DNA from: Bacteroidales bacterium
GTDB taxonomy: Bacteria > Bacteroidota > Bacteroidia > Bacteroidales > WCHB1-69
DNA: 64,000 bases
Direction: 5' to 3'
NCBI GenBank assembly: GCA_016288655.1
Contig: JAEEKX010000045.1
Location: forward strand, 980 to 64,979
Below, piece by piece: positions 37,342-47,068 of this stretch. Positions within the stretch are counted from its first letter, which is position 1; every line of letters begins with the position of its first letter. A program made the position numbers and the translations under genes. The notes under the pieces were generated by a model. It had not been told where the DNA came from and searched no databases. It saw nothing but the letters and a program-made list of their open reading frames with translations.

Positions 37342-38685
37342 ATGAGAGTGATTTTGATGTTGATCAAGAAGGAGTTTCTCCAAGTTTTCCGCAATTCGCT
37401 GCTGTGGAAGATTCTGCTGTTGGCTCCGTTGGCGGAGTTTTTGCTCTTCCCCTATACCGCTGATTATGAGATAAAAAACGTGCACATTGCCTTTGTCGAT
37501 CACGACAAATCGACGGTGACGATGGACATCCAGTCGCATTTTTCGGCCTCGCAGTATTTCATCAACCATGGCGAGGTGGACTCGCGGGAGGAGGCCGCCC
37601 GGATGATGAAGGCCGACGAGATAGACTTCATCATCGAATTCCCAGCCGACTTCGAGAAGTCGTTGGTGCGTCAGCAGCCCACGACCATCCATATCACGGC
37701 CAACGCCATCAACACGGTGAAGGCGGGTTTGGGCAGTGAGTATGTGCAGCGGGTGTTGGCAAGTTACTTTGTCGATATGGCTTCGGAAGAGGCGGCGGGA
37801 AGGCCGCAAAGTGTTGTCCCACACGATTATAGTTCGGAAGTAGAAGACGTGCCGACCGCCTCGCCGACGGCGATGATTGCGGCGGCGCAAACTCCGCAGC
37901 AGATGCAGCAGCAACTCTCGGCACGGATGCAACAGTCGCGCGCGGAGCAGGAGGCGATGGAAGTTCAGGCCGAACGCGCCGAACAGGAGGAACGCGACCG
38001 CCAGACTGAGGCCGTCACCCGTGCCATGAATCCGCAACTTGCCCAACTGGTCACCACCAACGTCTATTGGTACAACGAGCAGATGAATTACAAAAACCTC
38101 ATTGTCCCAGGGCTTCTCATTATTCTCGTCACCCTCATCGGCGCCTACGTTACTGCACTCAACATTGTGAGAGAGAAGGAGATAGGAACAATCGAACAGG
38201 TCAATGTCACTCCCATCAAGAAGTGGCAGTTTCTGTTGGGCAAGATGATCCCCTTCTGGATTCTCGGTCTGGCGGAGTTTTCGGTCGGATTGGTCATCAT
38301 GAAGTTGCTCTTCGGCATCAGCATCCAGGGAAGTTTGCTCCTCCTCTTCGGCTTAACTGCTGTGTATCTGTTGGTTATGTTGGGCTTGGGCTTCTTTATC
38401 TCCAGCATTTCCGCCAACCAACTGCAGGCCATGTTCATCGTCTTCTTCCTCTTCATCCTCTTCGTCATGCTCAGTGGCGTGCTCACCCCCATTGAGGGCA
38501 TGCCCGATTGGGCCGCCTACATCAACTACTTCAACCCGATGTCGTTCTTCATGTCTGCCATCAAGACCGTTATCCTCAAGGGAAGTACGATGCAAAATAT
38601 TCAGAGTCAGTTTATTGCACTCTCAGTCATGGCTGTCATCCTCAATGCCGCCGCCCTCATCTTCTATCGGGAAAAAGCGAAATGA
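37342..38685 (+). CDS. ABC-2 type transporter permease with an ~85-aa Q/E/A-rich insertion in the first loop
   Basis: It has the same layout as the upstream paralog but is 447 aa. The extra segment reads 'EEAAGRPQS...QQMQQQLSARMQQSRAEQEAMEVQAERAEQEERDRQTEA'. Confidence 0.8.
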   Translation: MRVILMLIKKEFLQVFRNSLLWKILLLAPLAEFLLFPYTADYEIKNVHIAFVDHDKSTVTMDIQSHFSASQYFINHGEVDSREEAARMMKADEIDFIIEFPADFEKSLVRQQPTTIHITANAINTVKAGLGSEYVQRVLASYFVDMASEEAAGRPQSVVPHDYSSEVEDVPTASPTAMIAAAQTPQQMQQQLSARMQQSRAEQEAMEVQAERAEQEERDRQTEAVTRAMNPQLAQLVTTNVYWYNEQMNYKNLIVPGLLIILVTLIGAYVTALNIVREKEIGTIEQVNVTPIKKWQFLLGKMIPFWILGLAEFSVGLVIMKLLFGISIQGSLLLLFGLTAVYLLVMLGLGFFISSISANQLQAMFIVFFLFILFVMLSGVLTPIEGMPDWAAYINYFNPMSFFMSAIKTVILKGSTMQNIQSQFIALSVMAVILNAAALIFYREKAK

Positions 38686-38716
38686 TCCCGTTATCATATT
38701 GTCTATATTATTGAAA

Positions 38717-41392
38717 ATGAGAAAGATATTTTTGATTATACTCCTGTTTTTCACCTTGGGGCTGTCGGCACAGAATGTGGGCATCCTGCCATCTCCACAA
38801 CAGGTGGAGTTGCAGGATGGAAATTTCGTTTGGAATGCGCCTGTGATCTTTTTCAATTCCAAGATAGAAGGTGCGGACTTTCTGATGGATCTGTTATCGC
38901 AACTCCCTGAAGTCAAAGTGGATAGGGTAGAGAAGGAGGATGATGCCAAGGGTCGCCCGATGCTCTATTTTCAGAAGGTGAAGTCATTGGACGTACCCAA
39001 GAATCAATCTCAGGCCTATATGATAGAGGTGACCCGCGACCGTATCGCAGTCCGGGCGGCGACCGAGCAGGGATTATTCTACGGCATGCAGTCGTTGATA
39101 CAACTCTACCGTTTTCATTATCGTCCGTATTTTACTGAGAACGAGAGGGTTGAAATACCGTGCATGAAAGTTGTGGACTACCCTGCATTAGAGTGGCGCG
39201 GGTGGATGGATGACATCAGCCGCGGTCCCATCGTGACATTGGATTTCCTCAAAAAGCAAATCCGCATTTTGTCGGAATACAAGCTTAATTGTTTGACGCT
39301 CTATACGGAGCACACGTTTAAATCGAGCGTATATGACTATGCGCCAGAGGGTTCGCTCACGCCCGATGAAATTCGGGAACTGGAGGAGTATGCCCGCCGC
39401 TATTATGTGGAACTGATTGGAAACCAGCAGTGTTTCGCCCACATGGAGAAGATTTTGCGACAGCCGTCATTCATGCATCTGGCTGATGGCGACGACAACC
39501 TCAACCCCGCGCTGAAGGAGACCTACACTTTTCTGGAAAATGTGCTGAATGAGGAGATGTCATGCTATTCATCTCCCTTTTTTAACATTAATTGTGACGA
39601 AACAGAGCAATTGGGAACTGGGGCGGCGGCCAAGTATGTGCGGAAGGTCGGGGCAGGGAGAGTGTATGCGCAACATGTCTCCAAGGTATGTGCCATTTTG
39701 AAAAAGAAGGGAAAAATTCCTTTGATATGGGCGGATATTGCATTGAAAGATAAAGAGATACGCAGTGGTTTGCCGAAGGATGCGCAGATGCTGGTGTGGA
39801 GTTACGGCCCTGCGGACGACTTCCGGCAGATGATCTTGCCTATCCAGGAGTCTGAATCCGACTTCTGGGTTGTGCCCGGGGTGAGCATGTGGAGCACGGT
39901 ATTCCCCATCATGTCGAGTTATGAAAAGAACATTGCCAACTTCGCCCGTGACGGGAACCTGTTAGGCGCTAAGGGCTTGATTAACACCGCATGGAATGAC
40001 TCCGGCGAGGCCCTGCTCAACAGTGCGTGGCACGCTTTCGCTTGGGGGGCGGAGATGTCATGGCGTCCTATCACCGCTACTGAGGTTGCGGAAGCCGAGG
40101 CCGAACGTGCCGCCCGCCTTGCCCCCTTCGACACCAATTTCAACTTCCAGTTTTTTCATTTTTTTAATAATGAAAACATCATCGCCGACTTCTTGCGGAG
40201 GGTCTCGGAATATCAGACGAGCAATGTGCCCGAACTGTACAATACCGGCTCGCTTTGGCGTTTCTGTCCGTGGCAGTTCTTTCCCGGCAATCTGATGAAG
40301 GATGCCGAAGATGAGGTGAAGTCTGAACGCAAGCGGCTGATGATCAGCGGACAACTGTTGCAACTGCTCATGACGGAAGTCGCCCAGATGGAGAATCCGG
40401 AGATCCTTTTCTGTGCCTTGCAGGCCAATAACCGGATGTGGAACGACGTGATGTTGCGGAAGCATCAGATTGACCTCTTCCACTATCGGCAAAGTGGAGG
40501 TGTGGAGGGCGGTTTCGATTCCGAGGAGACTTATGCCGAGGATAATGAGTCGCTCATCTACTGGGTCGAGAAGTTGCGGGAGACATATAACTACCTGTGG
40601 GACTTGGAGTACCGTCCGCATTGGCGGGATGTGAACAACGCCAGGTATGATGCTCTCATCCGGCAACTGCGCGAGACGCGATCGCATGTGTTCTTCTCCC
40701 AGAGTCTGCGCAACGATACCCTGTGGCTGCGTGCGAGCACGCTGTTCAACGACATGGGCATCCATTACACCCTCGACGGGAGTGAACCCACCGAAAATTC
40801 TCCGGTTTTCGAGACGGCGATTCCGATTGCCCACTCCTGCCGTGTTCGGGTGCTCACCACGGACGATTCTATCGGTAGCATATTGGGAGAAAAAGAGATA
40901 CATGTCCATCTGGGCATGTTTGCTGAGGCACGGTCGGAGGCGCGGTACAGCATTTACCGTCCTGAATACAGCGGTGGCGGCCCGACGGCGCTCTTCGATG
41001 GCGAGACCGGTTCCGACAGTTACCGCGACGGCAAATGGCAGGGTATCCAGGGACAGGATGTTGTCATCAATTACCATTGGGAGAAAGAGCAAAATGTTGA
41101 CAGTGTGGTCGTTTCCTATCTTCATCACTATCACGACTGGATTTTAGCGCCCGAAGATGTGGAAGTCTATGCTTCCGTTGATGGTATTGACTATCAGTTA
41201 ATTAAGAGACAGCACTTCGATGTTGAACAGGTCATTCATGGTGGATGTCGGGGAAAGTTGAAGGTGGAGGGCTTGAAACTCCATACGAACTTCCTGCGGG
41301 TCATCGTCCGCAACCCAGGCGTGCTTCCGCCTGCGCATGGCGGAGCAGGCAGTCCATCCTTCCTATTTTTGGATGAAATCTTTGTGTATTAG
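38717..41392 (+). CDS. Glycoside hydrolase family 20 beta-N-acetylhexosaminidase-like enzyme with a C-terminal F5/8 type C (discoidin)-like domain
   Basis: It has the signal 'MRKIFLIILLFFTLGLSAQ', 'WRGWMDDISRGP', 'LNCLTLYTEHTF' and 'FNINCDETEQLG'. The GC content is visibly lower than in neighbouring genes. Confidence 0.65.
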   Translation: MRKIFLIILLFFTLGLSAQNVGILPSPQQVELQDGNFVWNAPVIFFNSKIEGADFLMDLLSQLPEVKVDRVEKEDDAKGRPMLYFQKVKSLDVPKNQSQAYMIEVTRDRIAVRAATEQGLFYGMQSLIQLYRFHYRPYFTENERVEIPCMKVVDYPALEWRGWMDDISRGPIVTLDFLKKQIRILSEYKLNCLTLYTEHTFKSSVYDYAPEGSLTPDEIRELEEYARRYYVELIGNQQCFAHMEKILRQPSFMHLADGDDNLNPALKETYTFLENVLNEEMSCYSSPFFNINCDETEQLGTGAAAKYVRKVGAGRVYAQHVSKVCAILKKKGKIPLIWADIALKDKEIRSGLPKDAQMLVWSYGPADDFRQMILPIQESESDFWVVPGVSMWSTVFPIMSSYEKNIANFARDGNLLGAKGLINTAWNDSGEALLNSAWHAFAWGAEMSWRPITATEVAEAEAERAARLAPFDTNFNFQFFHFFNNENIIADFLRRVSEYQTSNVPELYNTGSLWRFCPWQFFPGNLMKDAEDEVKSERKRLMISGQLLQLLMTEVAQMENPEILFCALQANNRMWNDVMLRKHQIDLFHYRQSGGVEGGFDSEETYAEDNESLIYWVEKLRETYNYLWDLEYRPHWRDVNNARYDALIRQLRETRSHVFFSQSLRNDTLWLRASTLFNDMGIHYTLDGSEPTENSPVFETAIPIAHSCRVRVLTTDDSIGSILGEKEIHVHLGMFAEARSEARYSIYRPEYSGGGPTALFDGETGSDSYRDGKWQGIQGQDVVINYHWEKEQNVDSVVVSYLHHYHDWILAPEDVEVYASVDGIDYQLIKRQHFDVEQVIHGGCRGKLKVEGLKLHTNFLRVIVRNPGVLPPAHGGAGSPSFLFLDEIFVY

Positions 41393-41411
41393 ATAGTTGC
41401 TCTCTTCTACC

Positions 41412-42698
41412 TTATTTTACCATCAGCGCTTCGATCTCCTCGACTTCGACCGGCATGTCGGGCATGAGGTTGATGGGGGTGTCTGCGACGACCACATCGG
41501 TTTCAATGCGGACGCCGATGCCCTCTTCTGCCACGTAGATACCTGGTTCACAACTCAATACCATGCCGGGCTGGAAAGTCCAGTCGCGCTCGCCCACGTC
41601 GTGCACGTCCAAGCCGATGAAGTGCGACGTGTTGTGCATGTAGTATTTTTTGAAGGCGGGCCAGGCGGGATCCTGCTGTTGGATGTCGGCGGCGGTGAGT
41701 AGGCCGAGTTTTTGAAGTTCCTCTTCCATGCGGCGGAAGACGAAGTCGTTGATTTTGTGGATGGTCATGCCCGGGCGGAAGAGCGGAATGGTCTCTTTGT
41801 AAATGGCCAGCACACTGCTGTAGATCTCCTTCTGTCGCGGAGAGAACTTGCCGTTGACGGGCACGGTGCGGGTGGCATCGCCGGCATAGTTGGCATACTC
41901 GGCGCCGAAATCCATCAGCAGCAGGTCGCCGTCGCGGATCTGCTTGTCGTTCTTGATGTAATGCAGAATGCAGGTGTCGGGGCCGGCAGCCACGATGGGG
42001 GCGAATGAGTGGGTGGTGGCGCCGTTGCGGATCATCTCGTAGGTCAGTTCCGCTTCGATTTCGTACTCGTATTTCCCTGGTTCAATGGCTTTTGCAGCCC
42101 GAAGGAACGCTTTTGTGGTGATGTCGCAGGCGTGTTTCAACGCTTGCAGTTCTTCTGCCGATTTCTGGCATCTCATGGGGTAGAGGAGCGGCGCCAGACG
42201 ACGGTAGTCGTGCAGCGGGTACTCTTCCATCAACTGCTTGGCGAAACGGTATTCACGGGTGATCGGCTCCCAGCGCAGCCGTGGATTCTCGGGCAAGTGC
42301 AGATAGACGTGCTGTACGTGGCACATCAGATCTTGCAGGATGTCGGGGAACTGCTCCGTGAACATGACGGTGCGCACGCCCGACAACTCCTTCGCCTGTT
42401 GTTTCGACAGCCGGTGCCCGAACCAGATGATCTTCTCCGGACTGGGATTCTTGATGAAGAGGATTTCACGATAGTCGGGGTTGGAATGCCACGGTGCGAG
42501 GGCAAGGTAGGTTTCTTCTTGGTCAATGCCAGAGAGATAGAGCAGTTCCGAGTTCTGACGGAAGGGCAGGGTGGTGTCGCCGCAGCGCGGAAATTCAGTG
42601 TTGGAGGTCAATAGTACCAAGGAGTCCTCGGCGATTTCGCCGACTAGGTTTTTCCTGTTTTCGATGTAAAATTGTGCGGAAAGAGGTTGGTATCTCAT
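41412..42698 (-). CDS. Xaa-Pro aminopeptidase (M24B)
   Basis: It has 'DGDLLLMDFGAEYANYAGDATRT', 'HNTSHFIGLDVHD' and 'EPGIY'. The start 'MRYQPL' at 42698 lies 2 nt after the upstream stop. Confidence 0.85.
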   Translation of the reverse strand: MRYQPLSAQFYIENRKNLVGEIAEDSLVLLTSNTEFPRCGDTTLPFRQNSELLYLSGIDQEETYLALAPWHSNPDYREILFIKNPSPEKIIWFGHRLSKQQAKELSGVRTVMFTEQFPDILQDLMCHVQHVYLHLPENPRLRWEPITREYRFAKQLMEEYPLHDYRRLAPLLYPMRCQKSAEELQALKHACDITTKAFLRAAKAIEPGKYEYEIEAELTYEMIRNGATTHSFAPIVAAGPDTCILHYIKNDKQIRDGDLLLMDFGAEYANYAGDATRTVPVNGKFSPRQKEIYSSVLAIYKETIPLFRPGMTIHKINDFVFRRMEEELQKLGLLTAADIQQQDPAWPAFKKYYMHNTSHFIGLDVHDVGERDWTFQPGMVLSCEPGIYVAEEGIGVRIETDVVVADTPINLMPDMPVEVEEIEALMVK

Positions 42699-42700
42699 AG

Positions 42701-45700
42701 TTAGTTCCATTTTACTAAACAAAGATCCATCGCGCTGGGCAACAAGGGGTTGCGCGGGGTGAGACGGAGGGCGCAGTTCCATACGCCGGCGACTTTTGCG
42801 TCGAAGTGGCAGACGAAGCGGGAGACGCCGCGTTCGGTGCCAGTGCATTGGAACTCGTACTTGCTGAAGAGTTCCATGCGGTCGCCGTTGCGGCGGGTGA
42901 AGATGATCTCCAGCCGCACTTCGCCGGGCTGGAGGTTGCCCAGGTCGATGAAGACTTCGAGGTCGCGGGCGGCACCGAGGTAGAAGGTGCTGTCGGGGTC
43001 GTCGGGGAGGGTGTTCTTGATGAAGCGGATGTTGCTCCATGCGGCGCTCACCCTTGATTTCCACTGTATTAACTCTTGCAAGTGCTTCCCTTCGTCGGCG
43101 GTCAGCAGGTCGGTCTGCGCTTCAAGTTTGCGGTAGAACTTGTCGTAGTAGTCGTCAAGTTGCCGTTTCATGGTGAAGTGGGGCGAGATCTGGGCGAAGC
43201 AGTTCTTCATCATCTGCGTCCACTCGGTCGGCACGCCATCGGTGCGGCGGTAGAACGCAGGGGCGATCTGCTCCTCGAAGATGGCGTAGATGTTGGCGGC
43301 GTCGAGTTCGTCCTGACGGCGCACGTCGGTGTAGGTGATCTGCTCATCCACGGCCCAGCCGGCGCCGGGTACGTAACCCTCTGCCCACCAGCCGTCTAAG
43401 ACGCTGAAGTTGAGCACGCCGTTCATCACGGCCTTCTCACCGCTGGTGCCGCTGGCTTCCAACGGGCGCGTGGGCGTGTTGAGCCACACGTCGCAGCCGG
43501 AGATCAACTTCTTGGCCAGGATCATGTCGTAGTTCTCCACGAAGATGATTTTGCCGATGTAGTCGGGGCGGCGCGAGAAGTCAATGATGCGCTTGATGAG
43601 GTCCTGGCCGGCCTTGTCGTGCGGGTGTGCCTTGCCGGCGAAGATGAGTTGCACGGGCTGGTCGGGATTGGTGAGCAGGGCGTGCAGTTTCTCTTCGTTG
43701 GTGAAGAGTAGATGGGCGCGTTTGTAGGTGGCGAAGCGGCGGGCGAAGCCGACCGTGAGCACGTCGTCGCGGATGGCCTTGACGGTCTTCATGATCAGCG
43801 CGGGCGAGTCGTTGCGCTGACGCATCTGCCTTTCAACCAGTCTCTTGACTTCGCAAATGAGCTCTTTGCGCAACTGGTTCTTGAGTTCCCAGATCTCGCT
43901 GTCGTTGGCACTGTAGATCTTCTGCCACACGGCCTCGTTGGAGATGTCCTGGTTGTAGTTTTCGGAAAAGATGCGGCGGTGGAACTGCTGCCACTGCTTG
44001 TGCGCCCACGTTGGGTAGTGTACGCCGTTGGTGACGTAGCCGATGTTGAGTTCGGCGGCGAAATGGCCGTCGTAGAGGTATTCGAACATCTCGCGGGTGA
44101 CGCGGCCGTGGATGCGGCTCACACCGTTCACCTCCTGGCAAAAACGGCAGGCGAGGATGCTCATCGAGAATTTTTCGTCGCTGTTGTCGGCGTGCTTGCG
44201 CCCGAGTCCCATAAACTGTTGCCAACTAATGTTGTAGCGGTCGGGGAAGTGCGAGAAGTAGGTGCGCATCATGTCCTCGCTGAAGGCGTCGTGGCCGGCG
44301 GGCACGGGCGTGTGGGTGGTGAAGAGCGACGAGGCCCGCACCAACTCCATCGCAGAGGGGAATGCCAAGTGCTTGTCGGTCATCATCTTCCACGTTCTTT
44401 CCAAAGAAAGGAAGGCGGCATGGCCTTCGTTCAAGTGGAAGATCTCCGGCTTTTCCCCGAGCAGGTCGAGGGCACGTACACCGCCGATACCGAGCAGAAG
44501 TTCCTGTTTCAAACGGTTCTCCCAGTCGCCGCCGTACAGACTGGCGGTGATCTTGCGGTCGTCGGCATTGTTCCTATCCAAATCGGTATCAAGGAGATAC
44601 AGGCGGATGCGGCCCACGTTCACGAGCCAGATGCGGGCATACAACAGACGGCCGGGCAGTCCGATGGTGATGGTGCGCCACTGCCCCTGCTCGTCGCGTA
44701 CGGGCTGGATGGGAAGTTTCGAGAAACTCTGCTGCGGGTAAAGATTGATCTGGTCGCCGTTGGGCGAAATCTGCTGCACGAAGTAGCCACAACGGTAAAG
44801 CAGCCCCACGGCCACCATGTTGACGTTGCGGTCGCTCGCCTCCTTCAGGTAGTCGCCCGCCAGCATGCCGAGCCCCCCCGAGAAGATCTTCAACTCGTTG
44901 CTGATGCCGAATTCCATGCTGAAATAGGCCACCTTCTTCTCCGTTCTCGTGCTCTTTTCTGCCATATATTGTTGGAAATCAGCATATACCTTGTCCAATT
45001 TCTCCACGAAATCAGCATTGTGACTGAAGGAGTTGAGCACGTCAAGCGGAAGCATCTGCAGCATGTGGACGGGGTTCTCGTCGAACTCTTCCCAGCGTTC
45101 CTTGCCGGCGATCTCGATGAAGAGGTCGCGGGCTTCGTAGTTCCAGCTCCACCAGAGGTTGTTGGCCAAGGTCTCCAACTTCTCCAAGTTGGTGGGCAGG
45201 TTCGATTTGATGGTGATCCGTTTCCACGTGGGTTGCTCCGCAGTGGACGGCTCGGTGACGAACGACATGTGGGCGGTCTTGAACTTGAAGGACTCATATC
45301 GCAAGTCGCTCTTCTGTAATGCTTTGTCGTATGCCGATTCGTAGTTTGAGAATAGATTCTGCCATAAGGCGTTGGAGGCGATTTCTCGGGCGTCGCGGGC
45401 GGCTTGTTCGCACATCTCCGGCGTGCGTCCCAGATGTTGCAGCATCGCCGCCACAATCTGCTCGCACACTTCGGCATCGTTGTCATCGGTGCGTTGACAG
45501 ACGGTAACGCCTTGCTGTTGAGTGAAATGTGCTTTCACCCATGCTCCAAATCCGGCGAGCGTGGTAGTCACCGTCGGGATGCCGAAGGCGACGCTCTCCA
45601 ACGGCGTGTAACCCCATGGTTCATAATAAGATGGGAAGACCGTGAGGTCAAAGCCGGCGAGGATGTCGTAGTAGGGGAGGTCGAAAACGCCGTCGTGGCC

Positions 45701-46933
45701 GTCGAGATAGACGGGGGCGAAGACGACCTTCAACGGACTTTCGGGCGCGTTGTCCAAGTTGAGACGATTCAACTCTTTGATAATCGGATCGTTGTAGGGA
45801 TCGTGCAGCGGGTGGGTGGCGTAGTCGCGCAGCACGGCGGCAGAGGCGTCGGCGAAATTGCGGTTTTCGGACAACTTCTTTATCAGTTCGGGGCGACGGC
45901 CGCTGGTGCCGGCGGGAACCATGATGAAGGCGACCACTTCGCGCTGCGGGTTGCGGTCTTTTAATTCTGCCAATGATCTGATAAACAGGTCGATACCCTT
46001 GTTTTTGAATTCGTACCGACCGCTGTTCAGCACCAACATGGCATCGGGGGCGATGGGCTGTTGCAGCAGTGCGGAGGCCACCTGCAGCAACTTGCGGCGG
46101 GCAATGTCGCGTTTCTTCCCGTACTCGTCGCCTTGCGGCACGAAATCGTTCTCGAACCCGTTGATGGTGATCTCGTCCGGCTTTTGGCTGAAGAATGCAA
46201 CGCACTCTTTTTCAGTGATTTCGCTAACGGTCGTATAGGCGTCGGCGGTTTGTGCCGAGAGGTATTCGAGGGAGAATTTCGACTGCACGCCGAATCGGTT
46301 GGCCGTGCTCTGCGGGTCGTATTGCGCGATGTTGCCGTAGAGGGGCAGCCCATTGCCAGCGATGCAGCGGCCGAGCACGGTGGCGTGTGTGGTGAAGACG
46401 GTGGCCACCTGCGGGCAGTTCTCCTCGAGATAGAGGATCCCGCCGCCCGTCATCCATTCGTGGAACTGCGCTACGATCTTGTCTAACGCGGTGCAATGGA
46501 ATTGGTAGAAACTCTCGATGACCTTGCCAGCGGCATAACCGAACAACAGCGGCTCCACGTAGTCCCACTGTCCGCTGATGGAGTCGAGTTTGTAGTCGAG
46601 CCAGAAGCGGGTGAGAATGTCGTTCTTGGACTCGAAGAAGGGGGTGAAATCGACGAGGACGACGACGGGCTGCCCGGCGACCGCCCAACGGCCGATGCGA
46701 ATGCGGAGACCTTCGCGCAGCGCCGTCTCGCGCCAACTTCTGTAAAGGTTCTCATCCTCTATGAAATCGCTGTTGCAGCCCGACTCGCGGGAGATGTCAG
46801 GACCGATGCAGATGTAATTGCTTTTGTAGTTGTTGACGACCGTGGAGGCCTTCGTGGAAAGCACCGTGTAGATGCCGCCGACCTTGTTGCAAATCTCCCA
46901 ACTGGTCTCGAAAATGTAATCCGGTTTCTTCAT
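42701..46933 (-). CDS. Fusion protein: eukaryote-type (GT3) glycogen synthase N-terminal half + alpha-glucan phosphorylase (GT35, TIGR02094-like) C-terminal half
   Basis: It is a single uninterrupted 1410-aa frame. The N-terminus 'FETSWEICNKVGGIYTVLSTKA' matches the GT3 hallmark. The C-terminal half has 'AYFSMEFG...GGLGMLAGDYLKEASD' and the PLP-lysine region 'EASGTSGEKAVMNG'. Confidence 0.8.
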   Translation of the reverse strand: MKKPDYIFETSWEICNKVGGIYTVLSTKASTVVNNYKSNYICIGPDISRESGCNSDFIEDENLYRSWRETALREGLRIRIGRWAVAGQPVVVLVDFTPFFESKNDILTRFWLDYKLDSISGQWDYVEPLLFGYAAGKVIESFYQFHCTALDKIVAQFHEWMTGGGILYLEENCPQVATVFTTHATVLGRCIAGNGLPLYGNIAQYDPQSTANRFGVQSKFSLEYLSAQTADAYTTVSEITEKECVAFFSQKPDEITINGFENDFVPQGDEYGKKRDIARRKLLQVASALLQQPIAPDAMLVLNSGRYEFKNKGIDLFIRSLAELKDRNPQREVVAFIMVPAGTSGRRPELIKKLSENRNFADASAAVLRDYATHPLHDPYNDPIIKELNRLNLDNAPESPLKVVFAPVYLDGHDGVFDLPYYDILAGFDLTVFPSYYEPWGYTPLESVAFGIPTVTTTLAGFGAWVKAHFTQQQGVTVCQRTDDNDAEVCEQIVAAMLQHLGRTPEMCEQAARDAREIASNALWQNLFSNYESAYDKALQKSDLRYESFKFKTAHMSFVTEPSTAEQPTWKRITIKSNLPTNLEKLETLANNLWWSWNYEARDLFIEIAGKERWEEFDENPVHMLQMLPLDVLNSFSHNADFVEKLDKVYADFQQYMAEKSTRTEKKVAYFSMEFGISNELKIFSGGLGMLAGDYLKEASDRNVNMVAVGLLYRCGYFVQQISPNGDQINLYPQQSFSKLPIQPVRDEQGQWRTITIGLPGRLLYARIWLVNVGRIRLYLLDTDLDRNNADDRKITASLYGGDWENRLKQELLLGIGGVRALDLLGEKPEIFHLNEGHAAFLSLERTWKMMTDKHLAFPSAMELVRASSLFTTHTPVPAGHDAFSEDMMRTYFSHFPDRYNISWQQFMGLGRKHADNSDEKFSMSILACRFCQEVNGVSRIHGRVTREMFEYLYDGHFAAELNIGYVTNGVHYPTWAHKQWQQFHRRIFSENYNQDISNEAVWQKIYSANDSEIWELKNQLRKELICEVKRLVERQMRQRNDSPALIMKTVKAIRDDVLTVGFARRFATYKRAHLLFTNEEKLHALLTNPDQPVQLIFAGKAHPHDKAGQDLIKRIIDFSRRPDYIGKIIFVENYDMILAKKLISGCDVWLNTPTRPLEASGTSGEKAVMNGVLNFSVLDGWWAEGYVPGAGWAVDEQITYTDVRRQDELDAANIYAIFEEQIAPAFYRRTDGVPTEWTQMMKNCFAQISPHFTMKRQLDDYYDKFYRKLEAQTDLLTADEGKHLQELIQWKSRVSAAWSNIRFIKNTLPDDPDSTFYLGAARDLEVFIDLGNLQPGEVRLEIIFTRRNGDRMELFSKYEFQCTGTERGVSRFVCHFDAKVAGVWNCALRLTPRNPLLPSAMDLCLVKWN

Positions 46934-46956
46934 TTAAAAATGATCATAATGGGCTG

Positions 46957-46964
46957 CAAAAATA
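46957..46964 (-). promoter_or_regulatory. Bacteroidota sigma-A -7 box (TAnnTTTG) on the minus strand
   Basis: TATTTTTG (minus strand) lies 24 nt upstream of the start at 46933. Confidence 0.55.
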
Positions 46965-47068
46965 CGAAAAAATGACGGATTTTGAAAGGAAATTTTAGGG
47001 CTGATTTTTTTCTTCTTTTTGAAACAATATAGTGACGTTTTACGTTAGAGTAAAATACGGTAAGTATT

